Source: Eledone cirrhosa
Taxonomy: Eukaryota
Length of the DNA: 64,000 nucleotides
Direction: 5' to 3'
Assembly (NCBI GenBank): GCA_964016885.1
Contig: OZ024741.1
Location: 1,054,001 to 1,118,000, forward strand
The notes below the pieces were generated by a model, which did not search any database, was not told where the DNA came from, and saw only the letters and a list, made by a program, of their open reading frames with translations. Shown piece by piece: positions 1-12,420 of the stretch. Position 1 is the first letter of the stretch; the number at the start of each line of letters is the position of its first letter. The position numbers and the translations under genes are program-made.

Positions 1-3000
1 TTCGGAACTGAACGACCAGACTTCTTCCAGCGTCTGGAGACTTTTTTGGGAACGTCGCGTTCCCTGCTTCTAGCGGGGACTGGAATGACATCCTAGATGC
101 ACGTTGGGACTATGCAGGAGCATGTCCTAATAGAGGGGGGGGGGGTGTAACAGCCTCAAGGTGTTACTCGACCGTTTTAACTTGGTCGATAGATATCGAC
201 TAGATTTTCCAACTGTGCCAACCTGGACTTGGACGAACCATAGTGGTCACTCTAGATCGTACTTAGATAGATTCTTAGTTAGAAGTAAGGATAGGGACAT
301 ATTAAGCTGTCCAGAAATGCTCACGGTTGGCTATACAGATCACAAATTAGTGACCTGCGTAGTCAACCTTGAGAGAACACATAGACAGGGTCCCGGTTAC
401 TGGAAACTTAATTTGTCTTTACCGGCAAAAGAGGCTTACAGAGACCGAATTAGCAGATTAGTTAAGGAGAGGTTGACGGGTGCAATCGTCAACAACCGAT
501 GGTGGGCATCTCTCAAAATAGAGATTAGAACAGAATCAATAAGTTATAGCAAGATGTTAGCTGTCGATAGGAATAGGAACGAGAAAGAATTAACAGGTAA
601 ATTAGAAGAGGCAATCAAGAGCGAAGATGTGGCCAGAGTGCTGGCATCGAGGACGGCCTTGAACCAGTTTTTCGATGCAAAGCACGAAGGCTGCGTCATT
701 CGAAGTAAAATACGTGCTCTAGGTAATGAGGGGGCCAAAGCCGTTGGCTGGGCCCGCGTGACAGAAGCTAAGAGTGGAAATCGATCCATCATCCGGTCTT
801 TGCAAGACGAGGATGGGCGGGTGATCCGGGAGCCTAAGCAGATGTGCGAGGCCTTTCAAAGGCACTTTGCTCGATTGTTCGGGGGAGGCGGAGGTCCGGG
901 CGGGGACATGGATTTCGGTCCATACCTCGACGGCCTGCCGCGTCTCTCGAGCGAAGAGGCGGAATCCTGCGAGGGACCAATCTCAGCTGATGAGATCGGG
1001 GATGCGCTGAGCCAATGCAGCAAACGCAAATCTCCAGGTCTTGATGGTATACCTTACGAACTTTATTTGGCAATGCCGGTCTTCTTCTCCGAACTCTTCG
1101 AAGCAGTCTACTGCAATTGGCAGCAGAACGGGAGAATTCCTTGTTCTGTAGCCAAGGGCGTAGTCTCGCTGGTGAGGAAGGACGAGAACAAGGGGGATAG
1201 TATAAATAATTTTCGGCCCATAACCCTGCTAAACACAGAGTTAAAGATTTTGGCCAAGGTGTTAGCAAAGAGGTTGGCGCTTGTCGTGGGTAGCCTGGTG
1301 GGAGATGCGCAGACATGTGCTATCCCATCCAGGTCCATTCACGACAACCTCCACCTCATGCGATACATCATAGAGAGGGTTGGCAACAAACCCGGCTTCG
1401 GTGGGGCCCTGATCAACTTGGATCAGTCTAAGGCGTTCGATAGGGTCGACCATGGTTACTTGCATGCGGTGCTAGCGGCGGCTGGCTTCGGCCCTGTTTT
1501 CAGAGGCTGGATCACTGCCTTACATAGCAACCACATCTGTTCTAGGATCAAGGTGAACGGCTACCTTTCGAAGCCGTTCGAAATCACACGATCCATTCGA
1601 CAGGGGTGCCCTCTCTCCTCCCTTCTGTACGTATTGACTCTCGAGCCTTTACTGAGGAAGTTGGAGTTGTTGCAGGGTATCCCCCTGGAACCAGGATTGA
1701 GCAAAGCGGTTTCGGCCTACACCGATGACGTAACAGTAATGGTATCGACCGACTCGGAGATCGAGGCGATCGGCACCTTACTGGAGGAATACGAAAGGTT
1801 GTCAGGAGCGAAACTGAACCGGGAAAAATCCATCGGGCTGCAACTCGGAACGTGGAGAGGCAGACCGATGTCTCCCGACGGTGTCGTCGGACACTGGACG
1901 GAGGGCCCGGTGAAGTTGCTTGGGGTCTGGTTTGGACCGGACCTCCAGGTGGAAAAGCCTGGGGCGAGGTTACGAGCAAGGTGTTTGCACTGACCCAGAA
2001 ATGGGCCAAGTGTAAGCTGTCCCTGAAAGGTCGGGCGGAGGTGGCAAACATTTACATAGCGTCCGTCACCTACTACCGCCTGACTGTCGTGCCTTGCCCT
2101 AAGGAAACACTCACCACCATGGAACGCATGCTCTTTCAATTTCTTTGGAAAAGGCGCCCTCCTATGGTGAGAAGATCCATCTGCTGCCAATAACTTTCGA
2201 AAGGAGGGCTGGGGATGCCGTGGTTGATGATGCGTAGGCACGCATTAAGGCTACGGCACCTACAGGTATTCCTCACTGGTCAACCGGTGTGGGCTCCGTT
2301 CGTGAGACGAGCCTTTCCGAGACTCGTCTCGCTCACCGAGCTGCAGTTCTGGGTCAAACAAAGATCCGGAAAACTGGGCGACTGGCACACTGAGTGTGCC
2401 CAGGTGCTCAGGGCTCTCTGGCAAGCGGACCCGGCTATAGGTGGAGAATCCACCTCGTCATTCTATAGAGGGCTGGTGGCTAGCAGGGGCGATGACACCC
2501 TTGGAGAGTCGCTGGACATGGAAGAGGACGAACTGGCCAGCCTGTTCGGTAGGACTTTCGGCCCGGGACCAATGGACAACTTCCAGAAGTCACTGGCCTG
2601 GCAGTGCTACCGGGGGACTCTACCCGTTCGAGAAAAGCTCTACAGACACGGGCGCCCGGGCAGGGATCCCTCGAAAATGATTTGCCCTAGATGCGTGTGT
2701 CACGAAGAAACCGTTGCGCACGCATTGGTGCAATGTCCGGGCGTGGCTGATCTGTGGGGCTACGCCGAACGACTGCTGTCGCGGGTGACGCCGATTCGAT
2801 TGACCGCGGAGTCCGTGATGACAATCAAGCCACCCCCCCCCCCCCCTCTTTTCACAAAGGAAGCAAAGGCGGTTTTTCTGTGCGTAATAGCCATGTTGAA
2901 AGAGGTTATTTGGTGGACACGATTGAAAGGTCTGAGGTCAGGCAACTTCCTCTCTGGCCATAGTCTGGTCTACTTCTTCCGATATCACTTCGGAAGAAGG

Positions 3001-3350
3001 ATAAGAATGGAGAGAGAGGTGCTTGGCCACAGACAGTTTTATGAAAGGTCGGTGATAGTGGCGAGAATGGCTCGTGTAAATGGGCCTTCTCTGTATACCA
3101 TCCTGTAGGTAAAGAAGTGAAGGAGAGGGGAGCACCTTCTCCATGTGCTCCCCGGGCAAAGGATTGCACACTTTTTCGGGGGTGTGTGTAACCCCCATCA
3201 CGCCCCCTCCCTTTTGAGGTTGTTTTCGATTATTTTCATTTTATACCCTTTTTACTCGGTTTTATGTAAACTTCCCCTTTGTATTTGTCCCTTCTTTTTA
3301 TGCCTTTATGGTAAATAAAGAAATATATCTATCTATCTATCTATCTATCT
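1..3350 (+). mobile_element. Tx1/L1-clade non-LTR retrotransposon, copy 1 (5' end outside window, disrupted ORF2)
   Basis: ORFs 161-1993 and 2215-3108: APE end (SYLDRFLV, TDHK), RT (KSPGLDG, DQSKAFDRV, RQGCPLS, YTDD), CCHC (CPRC..ETVAHALVQC); frameshift ~1957, stop 2191-2193; AATAAA then (TATC)n. Confidence 0.93.
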
Positions 3351-4923
3351 AGGAAGTAGGCACCTTACTGAAAGAATACGAAAGGTTCACAGGAGCGAAG
3401 CTGAACCGGGACAAGTCCATCGGTTTGCAACTCGGATCGTGGAGAGGAAAACCGATGCCTTCCGATGGCGTCGTCGGACGCTGGACGGAAGGACCGGTAA
3501 AGCTGCTCAGGGTCTGGTTTGGTCCGAACCTCCAGGTGGAGAAGAACTGGAACGAGGTGACGGCCAAGGTGTTTGCACTCACTCAGAAGTGGGCCGAGTG
3601 CAAACTATCATTGAAAGGTCGAGCGGAGGTGGCGAACACTTTTATAGCGTCCACCATCTACTACCGCTTGACCGTCGTGCCTTGTCCAACCAAAACGCTC
3701 ACCAAAATGGAGCACGCGCTCTTCCAATTCCTTTGGAAGAAGCGGGCTCCTTTGGTGAGAAGATCCATCTACTGCCAACACCCTTCCAACGGAGGGCTGG
3801 GGTTGCCGTGGCTGACGATGCGCAAACACGCGCTCTAGCTGCGGCATCTCTACGTATTCCTCACCGGACAACCGGTGTGGGCCCCGTTTGTGCGGCGAGC
3901 CTTCCCACAACTCGTCTCGCTGACCGAGTTGCAGTCCTGGGTCAAGCAAAGACCGAGGAAAATGGGCGACTGGCACATCGAATGTGCTCAGGCGCTCACA
4001 GCCCTCTGGCAGGCGGACCCGGCGATCAGTGGGGACTCCACTTCGTCATTCTATAGAGGGTTGATCCGCAGCAAGTGCGACGACGCGCTCGGTGAAACTC
4101 TAGGCGTAGAGGAAGACGAACTGGCCAGTCTGTTCGGTAGGACCTTCCGCCCGGGACCAATAGATAACTTCCAAAAAGTCCCTGGCCTGGCAGTGCTACC
4201 GAGGAGCTCTACCAGTTCGAGATAAGCTCTACACCACGGGCTCCCGGGTAGGGACCCTTCGAAAAAGATCTGTCCGAGATGCGTGCGCGACGAGGAAACC
4301 GTCGCGTACGCATTTGTACACTGCCCGGGCGTTACCGACCTGTGGGGCTATGTAGAACGACTATTGTTACGGGTGGAACCAATCCAGTTGACCACCGAGT
4401 CCATTGTGATGATCAAACCGCCACCCTCCTTCAAAAACGAAGGAGAGGCGGTTTTCCTTTGTGTGATAGCTATGGAAAGAGGTTGTATGGTGGATAAGGT
4501 TGAAAGGGCTGAGGTCAGACACCTTTCTCTCCGGCCAACAACTGATTCTTTTTTTCAAATACCACTTTGGAAGAAGAATCAAGATGGAGAGAAAGGTGCT
4601 GTACCCCAGCAAGTTTTATGAAAGGTTGGTGAAAATGGCGAGAACGCCCGAGTGAATGGGCCTTCTCTCTATATCAGCCTGTAGGTTGAGGAAAAAGAGG
4701 AAGAGAGGAAAGGGGTACAAACTCTTAGTACTCCTGGAGATGAGGGTTGTATATTTTTTTCGGGGGTATGTGTTACCCATATGTAATGTTTCCCCCTATT
4801 GGGGAAAATCGACTAATTTTTAAATTGCATTTGTGATAATATTTTACACGTTTTTATTGTATGTAAACTTCTCCCTTTGTATTTGTCCCCTTCTTTTGTG
4901 CCCCTATGGCTAATAAAGAAACA

Positions 4924-4970
<47 letters not shown>

Positions 4971-4980
4971 TTTATCTATC
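3351..4980 (+). mobile_element. Tx1/L1-clade LINE, copy 2 (5'-truncated, degenerate)
   Basis: ORF pieces 3425-3838, 3875-4225, 4283-4621 match the ORF2 C-terminal part of copies 1 and 4; own 3'UTR, AATAAA ~4912, (TATC)n. Confidence 0.92.
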
Positions 4981-5686
4981 TGTCCCAGATGCGTGTGCGA
5001 CGAGGAAACCGTTGCACACGCATTGGTACACTGCTCGGGCGTAGCCGATCTGTGGGGCTATGTCGAACAACTGCTGTCAAGGGTGGGACCGATCCGGTTG
5101 ACCACCGAGTCTATTGTAATGATCAAGCCGCCTCCCCCCTTCAAAGATGAAGCAGAGGCGGTGTTTCTGTGCGTAATAGCCATGGCGAAAGAGGTTGTAT
5201 GGTGGACGCGTCTGAAAGGACTGAGGTCAGGCACCTTTCTCTCTGGCCAACAACTGGTCCGTTTCTTCCGATATCATTTCGGAAGAAGGATCAGGATGGA
5301 GAGAGAGGTGCTGCACCCCAGCCGTTTCTATGAAAGATGGGTGAAAGTGGCGAGAATGGCCCGTGTGAATGGGCCTTCACTCTACATCAGACTATAGGTG
5401 AGGAAGATGAAAGACCAAGGGAGCACCCCTTCTCTGTGCTCCTGAGGAGAAGGGTTGCACACTTTTTTCGGGGGTGTGTGCGACCCCCCAAGGCGCCTCC
5501 TCTCTATTGAGGATTTTGTTAAAAATTTTATTTTTTGTTATATCTTATTTTATTTTTATATTTTGTTATTGCCTCCTCCTTATTGAGGACGCCTTTTTGT
5601 GTAAACTCCCCCTTTGTACTTGTCCCACTTTTGATGCCCTAGTGGCAAATAAAAGAAACATATCTATCTATTTTATCTATCTATCT
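4981..5686 (+). mobile_element. Tx1/L1-clade LINE, copy 3 (5'-truncated to CCHC domain and 3'UTR)
   Basis: Nearly identical to 10738-11440; flanked on both sides by TATCTATTTTATCTATCT. Confidence 0.93.
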
Positions 5687-5897
5687 CTGGGATGGACACA
5701 CGCGTATAACTTGCTGAGTAAGTTCTGTTTAAATTTCTATAGAAATTCTTGTCTGATAACTTTAATTTTTGTACCATTTTGTAGAGGGACTGCCAGGTCA
5801 AACTTTGATCTGGTCAGTCTCTCAAAATATTCTACGCCTTTAGGCGAAATAGTTAAAAAAAAAGTTTTTTCTTGTTGAAAAGTCAATATTTTTTTAA

Positions 5898-7223
5898 ATG
5901 GCCGAAGCTTCTTCACCAAAATTCGAAGGAGGAAAGGGGAAGATGAACTTACAGCTTCCCCCTGCCACTGTCACAGTAGCAGAGGTCAAGAAGATAGGTC
6001 AGCCAGAGGAAGAATTCTCTCCACCTGTTAACCGACAACTTGACGTTGCCATGGCAACAACCCAAAGAACCAGCAGCAACAGCAACAACAACAACAATGC
6101 GACGGACGAAAACAACACCAATAACAATAACAATAACAATAACAACAACAAGACCAATAACGGTGACAACAACAACAATGATAACAACAACACCACCAAC
6201 GACAACAACAACACAAACAAACAAAATTTCTCCTTCGCCGAGACGACAAGGAAAACCCTCGACTATCTGCCAGTAGATATAACAAAAGCGAAGGAGCTAC
6301 TGGCGGATGCGAAAAAATATATAGTGTACGGGGAAAATGGTTCATTCACAATCCATTCCCCCCCGGAACTAAAAAGCCAGAGACTCCTAAACACGGTCAT
6401 GTTTAGGACAATCTCGAACAAAAGTAAAAAACCAGCTCAACCATCACAGAGCGAGATAGAGCTGGTTTTAAAAGACGTCATGAAGGACATCACCTTCATT
6501 CAGAAGGATAGACTCTACGGGAGTCTATCCATTCTCATGAAGGACAGGGACACAGCAGTGAAACTGTCCATCAAACCAATCACATCCACCGCATACACCT
6601 TCTACCCTACGTACATGGGTAGAAGAACACAAAAAATAAAAATCCACACCATCCTGCCGATTATGGACATATGGTGGGTTTTGACAGGTTTTCTGGACCT
6701 GGAGGATGACATGCTGGTGTCCATGGGAAAGGCATCGGGTGACGCGTTCAGTGGAACGAGCCTCGAACTTGTAGTTCAAATGAGGCTCGAAAGGATCGCC
6801 CAGATCCCTGAACGCGTCATACTGGATGATCTAACCTTCATCAACATTACCGTTGAGGGTAGACGGCCCTCGTGTTACCTCTGCGGAACCAGAGGTCACC
6901 TGAGGGCTGTCTGTCCCCAACTTAATAAGAAAACCCAATCCTGCCTACACCACCAACAACTGCACAACCAACACAATCACCACAACTACCACTACAAAAA
7001 CAACCACCACAGCTCAAACCAAAACAAAACAATGTCCAACCCATCCCCTCCACTCAAAAAACAAAAACAATTTCCAAAACACCCGTACCGCAAACACAAC
7101 CCGAAAATATACCCCCCCCCCCCTCCAACGCGGAAGATGACCCTAGTTCGTCGTCAGACGAGGAGGAGCACTTCCACACAATCAAAAGAAAAAAAAGAAA
7201 ACACACCTCAGACACACAAATGA
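5898..7223 (+). CDS. LINE ORF1 (gag-like RNA-binding protein) with Asn-rich tract and CCHC knuckle
   Basis: CYLCGTRGHLRAVC motif; position upstream of ORF2; low-complexity 3' part may be frameshifted. Confidence 0.8.
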   Translation: MAEASSPKFEGGKGKMNLQLPPATVTVAEVKKIGQPEEEFSPPVNRQLDVAMATTQRTSSNSNNNNNATDENNTNNNNNNNNNNKTNNGDNNNNDNNNTTNDNNNTNKQNFSFAETTRKTLDYLPVDITKAKELLADAKKYIVYGENGSFTIHSPPELKSQRLLNTVMFRTISNKSKKPAQPSQSEIELVLKDVMKDITFIQKDRLYGSLSILMKDRDTAVKLSIKPITSTAYTFYPTYMGRRTQKIKIHTILPIMDIWWVLTGFLDLEDDMLVSMGKASGDAFSGTSLELVVQMRLERIAQIPERVILDDLTFINITVEGRRPSCYLCGTRGHLRAVCPQLNKKTQSCLHHQQLHNQHNHHNYHYKNNHHSSNQNKTMSNPSPPLKKQKQFPKHPYRKHNPKIYPPPPPTRKMTLVRRQTRRSTSTQSKEKKENTPQTHK

Positions 7224-7692
7224 AAAAAAACCCTCCCCAAAACATAACACTGACACCAACACAAAAGAGCTCACAACAGCAAACAAAAAACACCACACAA
7301 AAACATAAACATGCATACACATACATAAATACAAGAAACAAAAAACTGTTAAACATTGTGTACAACAACAATCTAATAAAAACACAAGGGCCTAACTTCA
7401 CCCAGGCAGGGGATTTCCCCCACCTCAAAATGATTAAGGCCCCACAGGACACCTATAAAACTTTAAAAAACAATTTTAAAGAGGACGTGGGTCCCCCTGC
7501 GTCGGGCCCATTAACCGCGTCCTCCTAAAAAACTATCCCACCCCCTCCCCAAACACCCTCACAACTCCAAGCTCCCCAACCACACAACACACTGATGCCC
7601 ACACACTTCCACAAACCACCACCCCACCCAACAACCCATCCCCCACCCTAATGGAAATTGTGCAGCCCGATACCCGGGACGCAGAGAGGTAA

Positions 7693-10600
7693 GTGCCTTT
7701 TCTCTTCACCACCAACATGGCTATGCTAAGAGTAGGCTGTTTAAATGCGCGTGGCCTGGGCTCAACTTGGAAGCAAGCAATGCTTCTAAATGACCTCAGG
7801 TCACAACGTATAGATGTGATGGTTATTTGCGAGGCCCGGATCAGCAACGTGCGACAGCTGGCCCCCACCTTTGATGACTTTGAGATGCACGCATCTCTCT
7901 GTCAGCCCGGAGGTGGGGGTGGAGTTGTCGTTCTGCTGCAAAAACATCTGGGTCTCGCAACACAGATGGTACATTTGGACCCGGAGGGTCGACTAGTGGT
8001 TCTGGACCTTGGCATTGGTAAAGGCGGAGCGTTTAGGTTGGTAGCCGCCTACGGCCCTTTCGGGTCAATGCGGCCGGACTTCTTCCATCGTCTGGAGACT
8101 TTTCTAGGGACGTCCCGCTCCTTGCTATTAGTGGGGGACTGGAATGGTATCCTAGATGCACGCTGGGACTACGTAGGGGCCTGCCCCGATAGAGAGGGGT
8201 GTAATAGCCTCAAAGGGTTAATCGGTCGATTTGACCTGGCCGATAGATATCGACTAGATTTTCCGACTGCGCCAACCTGGACTTGGGCAAATCGTAGCGG
8301 ATCATCTAGGTCGTACCTAGATAGGTTCTTAGTTAGAATTAAGGATAAGGACTTTTTAAGTTGTCCAAAAATGCGCATTGTTGGCTATTCAGACCACAAA
8401 TTAGTGACCTGCATGGTCAACCTTGACAGAACTCATAGACAGGGCCCCGGTTACTGGAAGCTCAACTTGTCCTTGCTGGCAAGTAGAGCCTACAGGAATC
8501 GGATTAGTACGTTAGTTAAGGAACGGTTGACTGGAGCGATCGTCAACAGCAGGTGGTGGGTATCTCTAAAGAGAGAGATTAGAGTAGTCTCGATAGAATT
8601 TAGTAAGGTTCTAGCTGCGGATAGGAATAGGAAGGAAAGGGAGCTAATAGATAGAGTAGAAGAGGCAATTAGAAGCGGCGACGTGGCCAGAGTGCTAGCG
8701 TCGAGAACGGCTTTGAGTCAGTTTTTCGACGCGAAGCACGAAGGCTGCGTTGTCCGAACTAAAATACGTGCTCTAGGGAACGAGGGGACCAAAGCTGTAA
8801 GCTGGGCCCGCGTGACAGAGGCCAACAGTGGAACTAAATCCACCATCCGGTCTTTGCAAGACCTGGATGGACGGGCGATTCTTGAGCCTAAGCAGATGTG
8901 TGAGGCCTTTCAAAGGCACTTTGCCCGACTGTTCGGGAGGGGCGGGGAGCCGGTTGGGAACGTGGACTTCGGTCCATACCTCGACGGCTTGCCGCGCCTC
9001 TCGGACAGGGAGGCGAAGTCCTGCGAGGAGCCGATTTCGGCCGCTGAGATAGAGGACGTGCTGAGCCAATGCGGCAAACGCAAATCCCCGGGTCTCGATG
9101 GTCTTCCTTACGAATTATATCTAGCTATGCCGGACTTGTTCCCCGATCTCCTCGAGGCGGTCTACTGCAACTGGCAACAGAACGGGATAATTCCCTGTAC
9201 TGTGACCAAGGGCGTAGTCACGCTAGTGAGGAAGGACGAGAACAAGGGGGACGAAATAAGTAACTTCAGGCCCATAACACTGCTAAATACAGAGTTACAG
9301 ATTTTGGCCAAGGTGCTAGCAAAGAGGTTGGCGCTTGTCGTGGGCAACCTGGTGGGAGATGCGCAGACATGCGCTATCCCGTCCAGGTCCATCCATGACA
9401 ACCTCCACCTCATGCGATACATCATAGAGAGGGTTGGGAACGAACCCGGCTTTGGTGGGGCTCTGATCAACTTGGATCAATCTAAGGCGTTCGATAGGGT
9501 CGACCATGGTTACCTGGATGCGGTGCTAGCGGCGGCAGGCTTCGGACCCGTTTTCAGGGGCTGGATCACTGCTATGCACAGCAGCCGCATCTGCTCTAGA
9601 GTCAAGGTGAACGGCTACCTCTCGGAGCCGTTCAAAATCGCGCGGTCCATCCGACAAGGGTGCCCTCTCTCCTCCCTTCTGTATGTGTTGACTCTCGAGC
9701 CACTACTGCGGAAGTTGGAGTTGTTGCAGGGCATCCCTTTGGAACCGGGATTGCGGAAAGCGGTGTCGGCCTACGCCGATGACGTGACAGTAATGGTGTC
9801 GACGGCCTCCGAAATCGAGGCGGTCGGCACCTTACTGGAGGAGTACGAAAAGTTCACAGGGGCTAAGCTGAACCGGGACAAGTCGATCGGTTTGCAACTC
9901 GGCACGTGGAGAGGCAGACCGATGCCCTCCAATAGCGTCGTCGGACGCTGGACGGAGGGCCCGGTGAAGTTGCTCGGGGTCTGGTTCGGACCGGACCTCC
10001 AGGTGGAGAAAAACTGGGCGGAGGTTACGAACAGGGTGTTTGCACTGACCCAGAAGTGGGCCAGTTGCAAACTATCCCTGAAAGGTCGGGCGGAGGTGGC
10101 GAACACCTACATAGCGTCCGTCATCTACTACCGCCTGACCGTAGTGCCCTGCCCAAGGGAAACCCTCACCAAGATGGAGCGCGCGCTCTTCCAATTCCTT
10201 TGGAAGAGGCGGGCTCCTATGGTGAGGAGATCCATCTGCTGTCAACACCCTTCGAAAGGAGGGCTGGGGATGCCGTGGCTAATGATGCGTAAACACGCAT
10301 TAAGGCTACGGCACCTCTACGTATTCCTCACCGGACAACCGGTGTGGGCCTCGTTTGTGAGACGAACCTTTCCCAGACTCGTCTCACTCACCGAGCTGCA
10401 ATCCTGGGTCAAGCAAAGACCGAGAAAACTGGGCGCCTGGCACACTGAGTGTGCCCAGGCGCTCACCGCCCTCTGGCAGGCGGATCCGGTTATCAGTGGA
10501 GACTCCACCGCAACATTCTATAGAGGGCTGGTGCGCAGCAGGTGCGACGACGCCCTAGGAGAAGCCCTAGACATGGAGGAGGACGAACTGGCCAGCCTGT

Positions 10601-11170
10601 TCGGTAGGACATTCAGCCCGGGACCTATGGACAACTTCCAGAAGTCCCTGGCCTGGCAGTGCTACCGAGGGGCTTTACCCGTTCGAGAAAGGCTCTACAG
10701 ACACGGGCGCCCGGGTAGGGACCCCGCCAAAAAGATCTGTCCCAGATGCGTGTGCGACGAGGAAACCGTTGCACACGCATTAGTACACTGCTCGGGCGTA
10801 GCCGATCTGTGGGGCTATGTCGAACAACTGCTGTCAAGGGTGGGACCGATCCGGTTGACCACCGAGTCTATTGTAATGATCAAGCCGCCTCCCCCCTTCA
10901 AAGATGAAGCAGAGGCGGTGTTTCTGTGCGTAATAGCCATGGCGAAAGAGGTTGTATGGTGGACGCGTCTGAAAGGACTGAGGTCGGGCACCTTTCTCTC
11001 TGGCCAACAACTGGTCCGTTTCTTCCGATATCATTTCGGAAGGATCAGGATGGATCGGAAGGATCAGGATGGAGAGAGAGGTGCTGCACCCCAGCCGTTT
11101 CTATGAAAGATGGGTGAAAGTGGCGAGAATGGCCCGTGTGAATGGGCCTTCACTCTACATCAGACTATAG
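7693..11170 (+). CDS. LINE ORF2 (APE endonuclease, reverse transcriptase, CCHC), frameshifted near the C-terminus
   Basis: LNARGL, GDWN, SYLDRF, SDHK, YADD, CPRC..H..HC; probable ATG at 7717; short duplication ~11037-11072 shifts the frame; stop homologous to copy 3 at 11168-11170. Confidence 0.93.
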
Positions 11171-11510
11171 GTGAGGAAGATGAAAGACCAAGGGAGCACC
11201 CCTTCTCTGTGCTCCTGAGGAGAAGGGTTGCACACTTTTTTCGGGGGTGTGTGCGACCCCCCAAGGTGCCTCCTCTCTATTGAGGATTTTGTTAAAAATT
11301 TTATTTTTTGTTATATCTTATTTTATTTTTATATTTTGTTATTGCCTCCTCCTTATTGAGGACGCCTTTTTGTGTAAACTCCCCCCTTTGTACTTGTCCC
11401 ACTTTTGATGCCCTAGTGGCAAATAAAAGAAATATATCTATTTGTCTGTCTGTCTCTTTCTTTCTCTCTCTCTAGCTCTCTATCTATCTATCTGTCAGAC
11501 TGTCTGTCAA

Positions 11511-11700
11511 TCTACTATATAAATGGCAATTTCTGTCTGTGTATCTGTGTATCTGTGTATCTATGTATATGTGTATATGTGTATAACCAGTTGGCGCCTA
11601 CACCAGTCATCCGATCCTGTTGAAACTTTACACACTTGTTAAGCTAATATTCAGAAATAGGACTGGTTAATTGGATTTCAATAAAAATCAATAATGGAAC
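11511..11700 (+). mobile_element. Possible Helitron-like 5' end
   Basis: A|TCTACTATATAAA followed by (CTGTGTAT)n and CCGATCCTGTTGAAACTTT, resembling non-autonomous Helitron 5' termini; no 3' hairpin/CTRR found. Confidence 0.4.
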
Positions 11701-12070
11701 CCCTAGGAACATCTTTACAATGGAGGAGGAAAGAGAAGACGTTTCAGTGAAAGGGGGAAGAGGAGATACTACTACTGTATGTTAAACCCTTCCTCACACT
11801 ACTCCTCTTCCTCCTCCCACAACTCAGTCCTCCAAAACATGGCAACAACTTATGAGAAATATACATAAAGAAATTTCAAACAAAGCAGACGACAATCTAA
11901 TTTTGGTTGACGACTGAACAGATGTCTCTGTATATATATATATATATATATATGTAGAAACGGGGTCAAACTTTTTCCTATATATATATATATTTTTTTT
12001 TCTGTGATATATATATATATTTATATATATACATACAAAAATTATTTATAAAACAGCTTATGTATTGTAT

Positions 12071-12130
12071 TTTGTCTGAGGAAGGCATACCATATTTTTA
12101 ATATGATATCCCTGAAATATATATAACGAA
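12071..12130 (+). ncRNA. Minimal hammerhead ribozyme motif in a short solo pLTR fragment
   Basis: tttgt-CTGAGGA-agg..cct-GAAA-tatata-TA-acgaa then ATAAA. Confidence 0.75.
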
Positions 12131-12173
12131 ATAAATATGGTTTTATAAATATAGTTTCCATTTGTTTAATATC

Positions 12174-12220
<47 letters not shown>

Positions 12221-12373
12221 CAAGATGTATGGTAGATCGTACGTAAATCGCGATGATCACGCCTGACCTACCAAATATGTGACGGTAGCTAGTTAAGCTC
12301 TATGCGTATAAGCAGAGCAGAAATATTAAGGAAAAAGAATAAAGGAACTTTTATGACATTATAACAAGTTTAT

Positions 12374-12420
12374 TGCCGACAGCCGTTTCGTCCGACCATA
12401 TGGTGGGACTTTTCAAGGCA
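12374..12420 (-). ncRNA. Hammerhead motif, U3-A8 variant
   Basis: Minus strand: tgcc-TTGAAAA-gtcc..ggac-GAAA-cggctg-TC-ggca-ATAAA. Confidence 0.75.

Larger units (their letters stand above)
5687..11441 (+). mobile_element. Tx1/L1-clade LINE, copy 4 (apparently full length: 5'UTR, ORF1, ORF2, 3'UTR)
   Basis: Begins directly after a TATC tract; ORF1 with zinc knuckle, ORF2 APE-RT-CCHC; AATAAA ~11422 then ATATCTA. Confidence 0.95.

Noticed and set aside
544-11034. Antisense and alternate-frame ORFs over the Tx1 copies (likewise over the Gypsy element)
   Set aside because: Shadow ORFs of GC-rich coding sequence with no recognisable motifs
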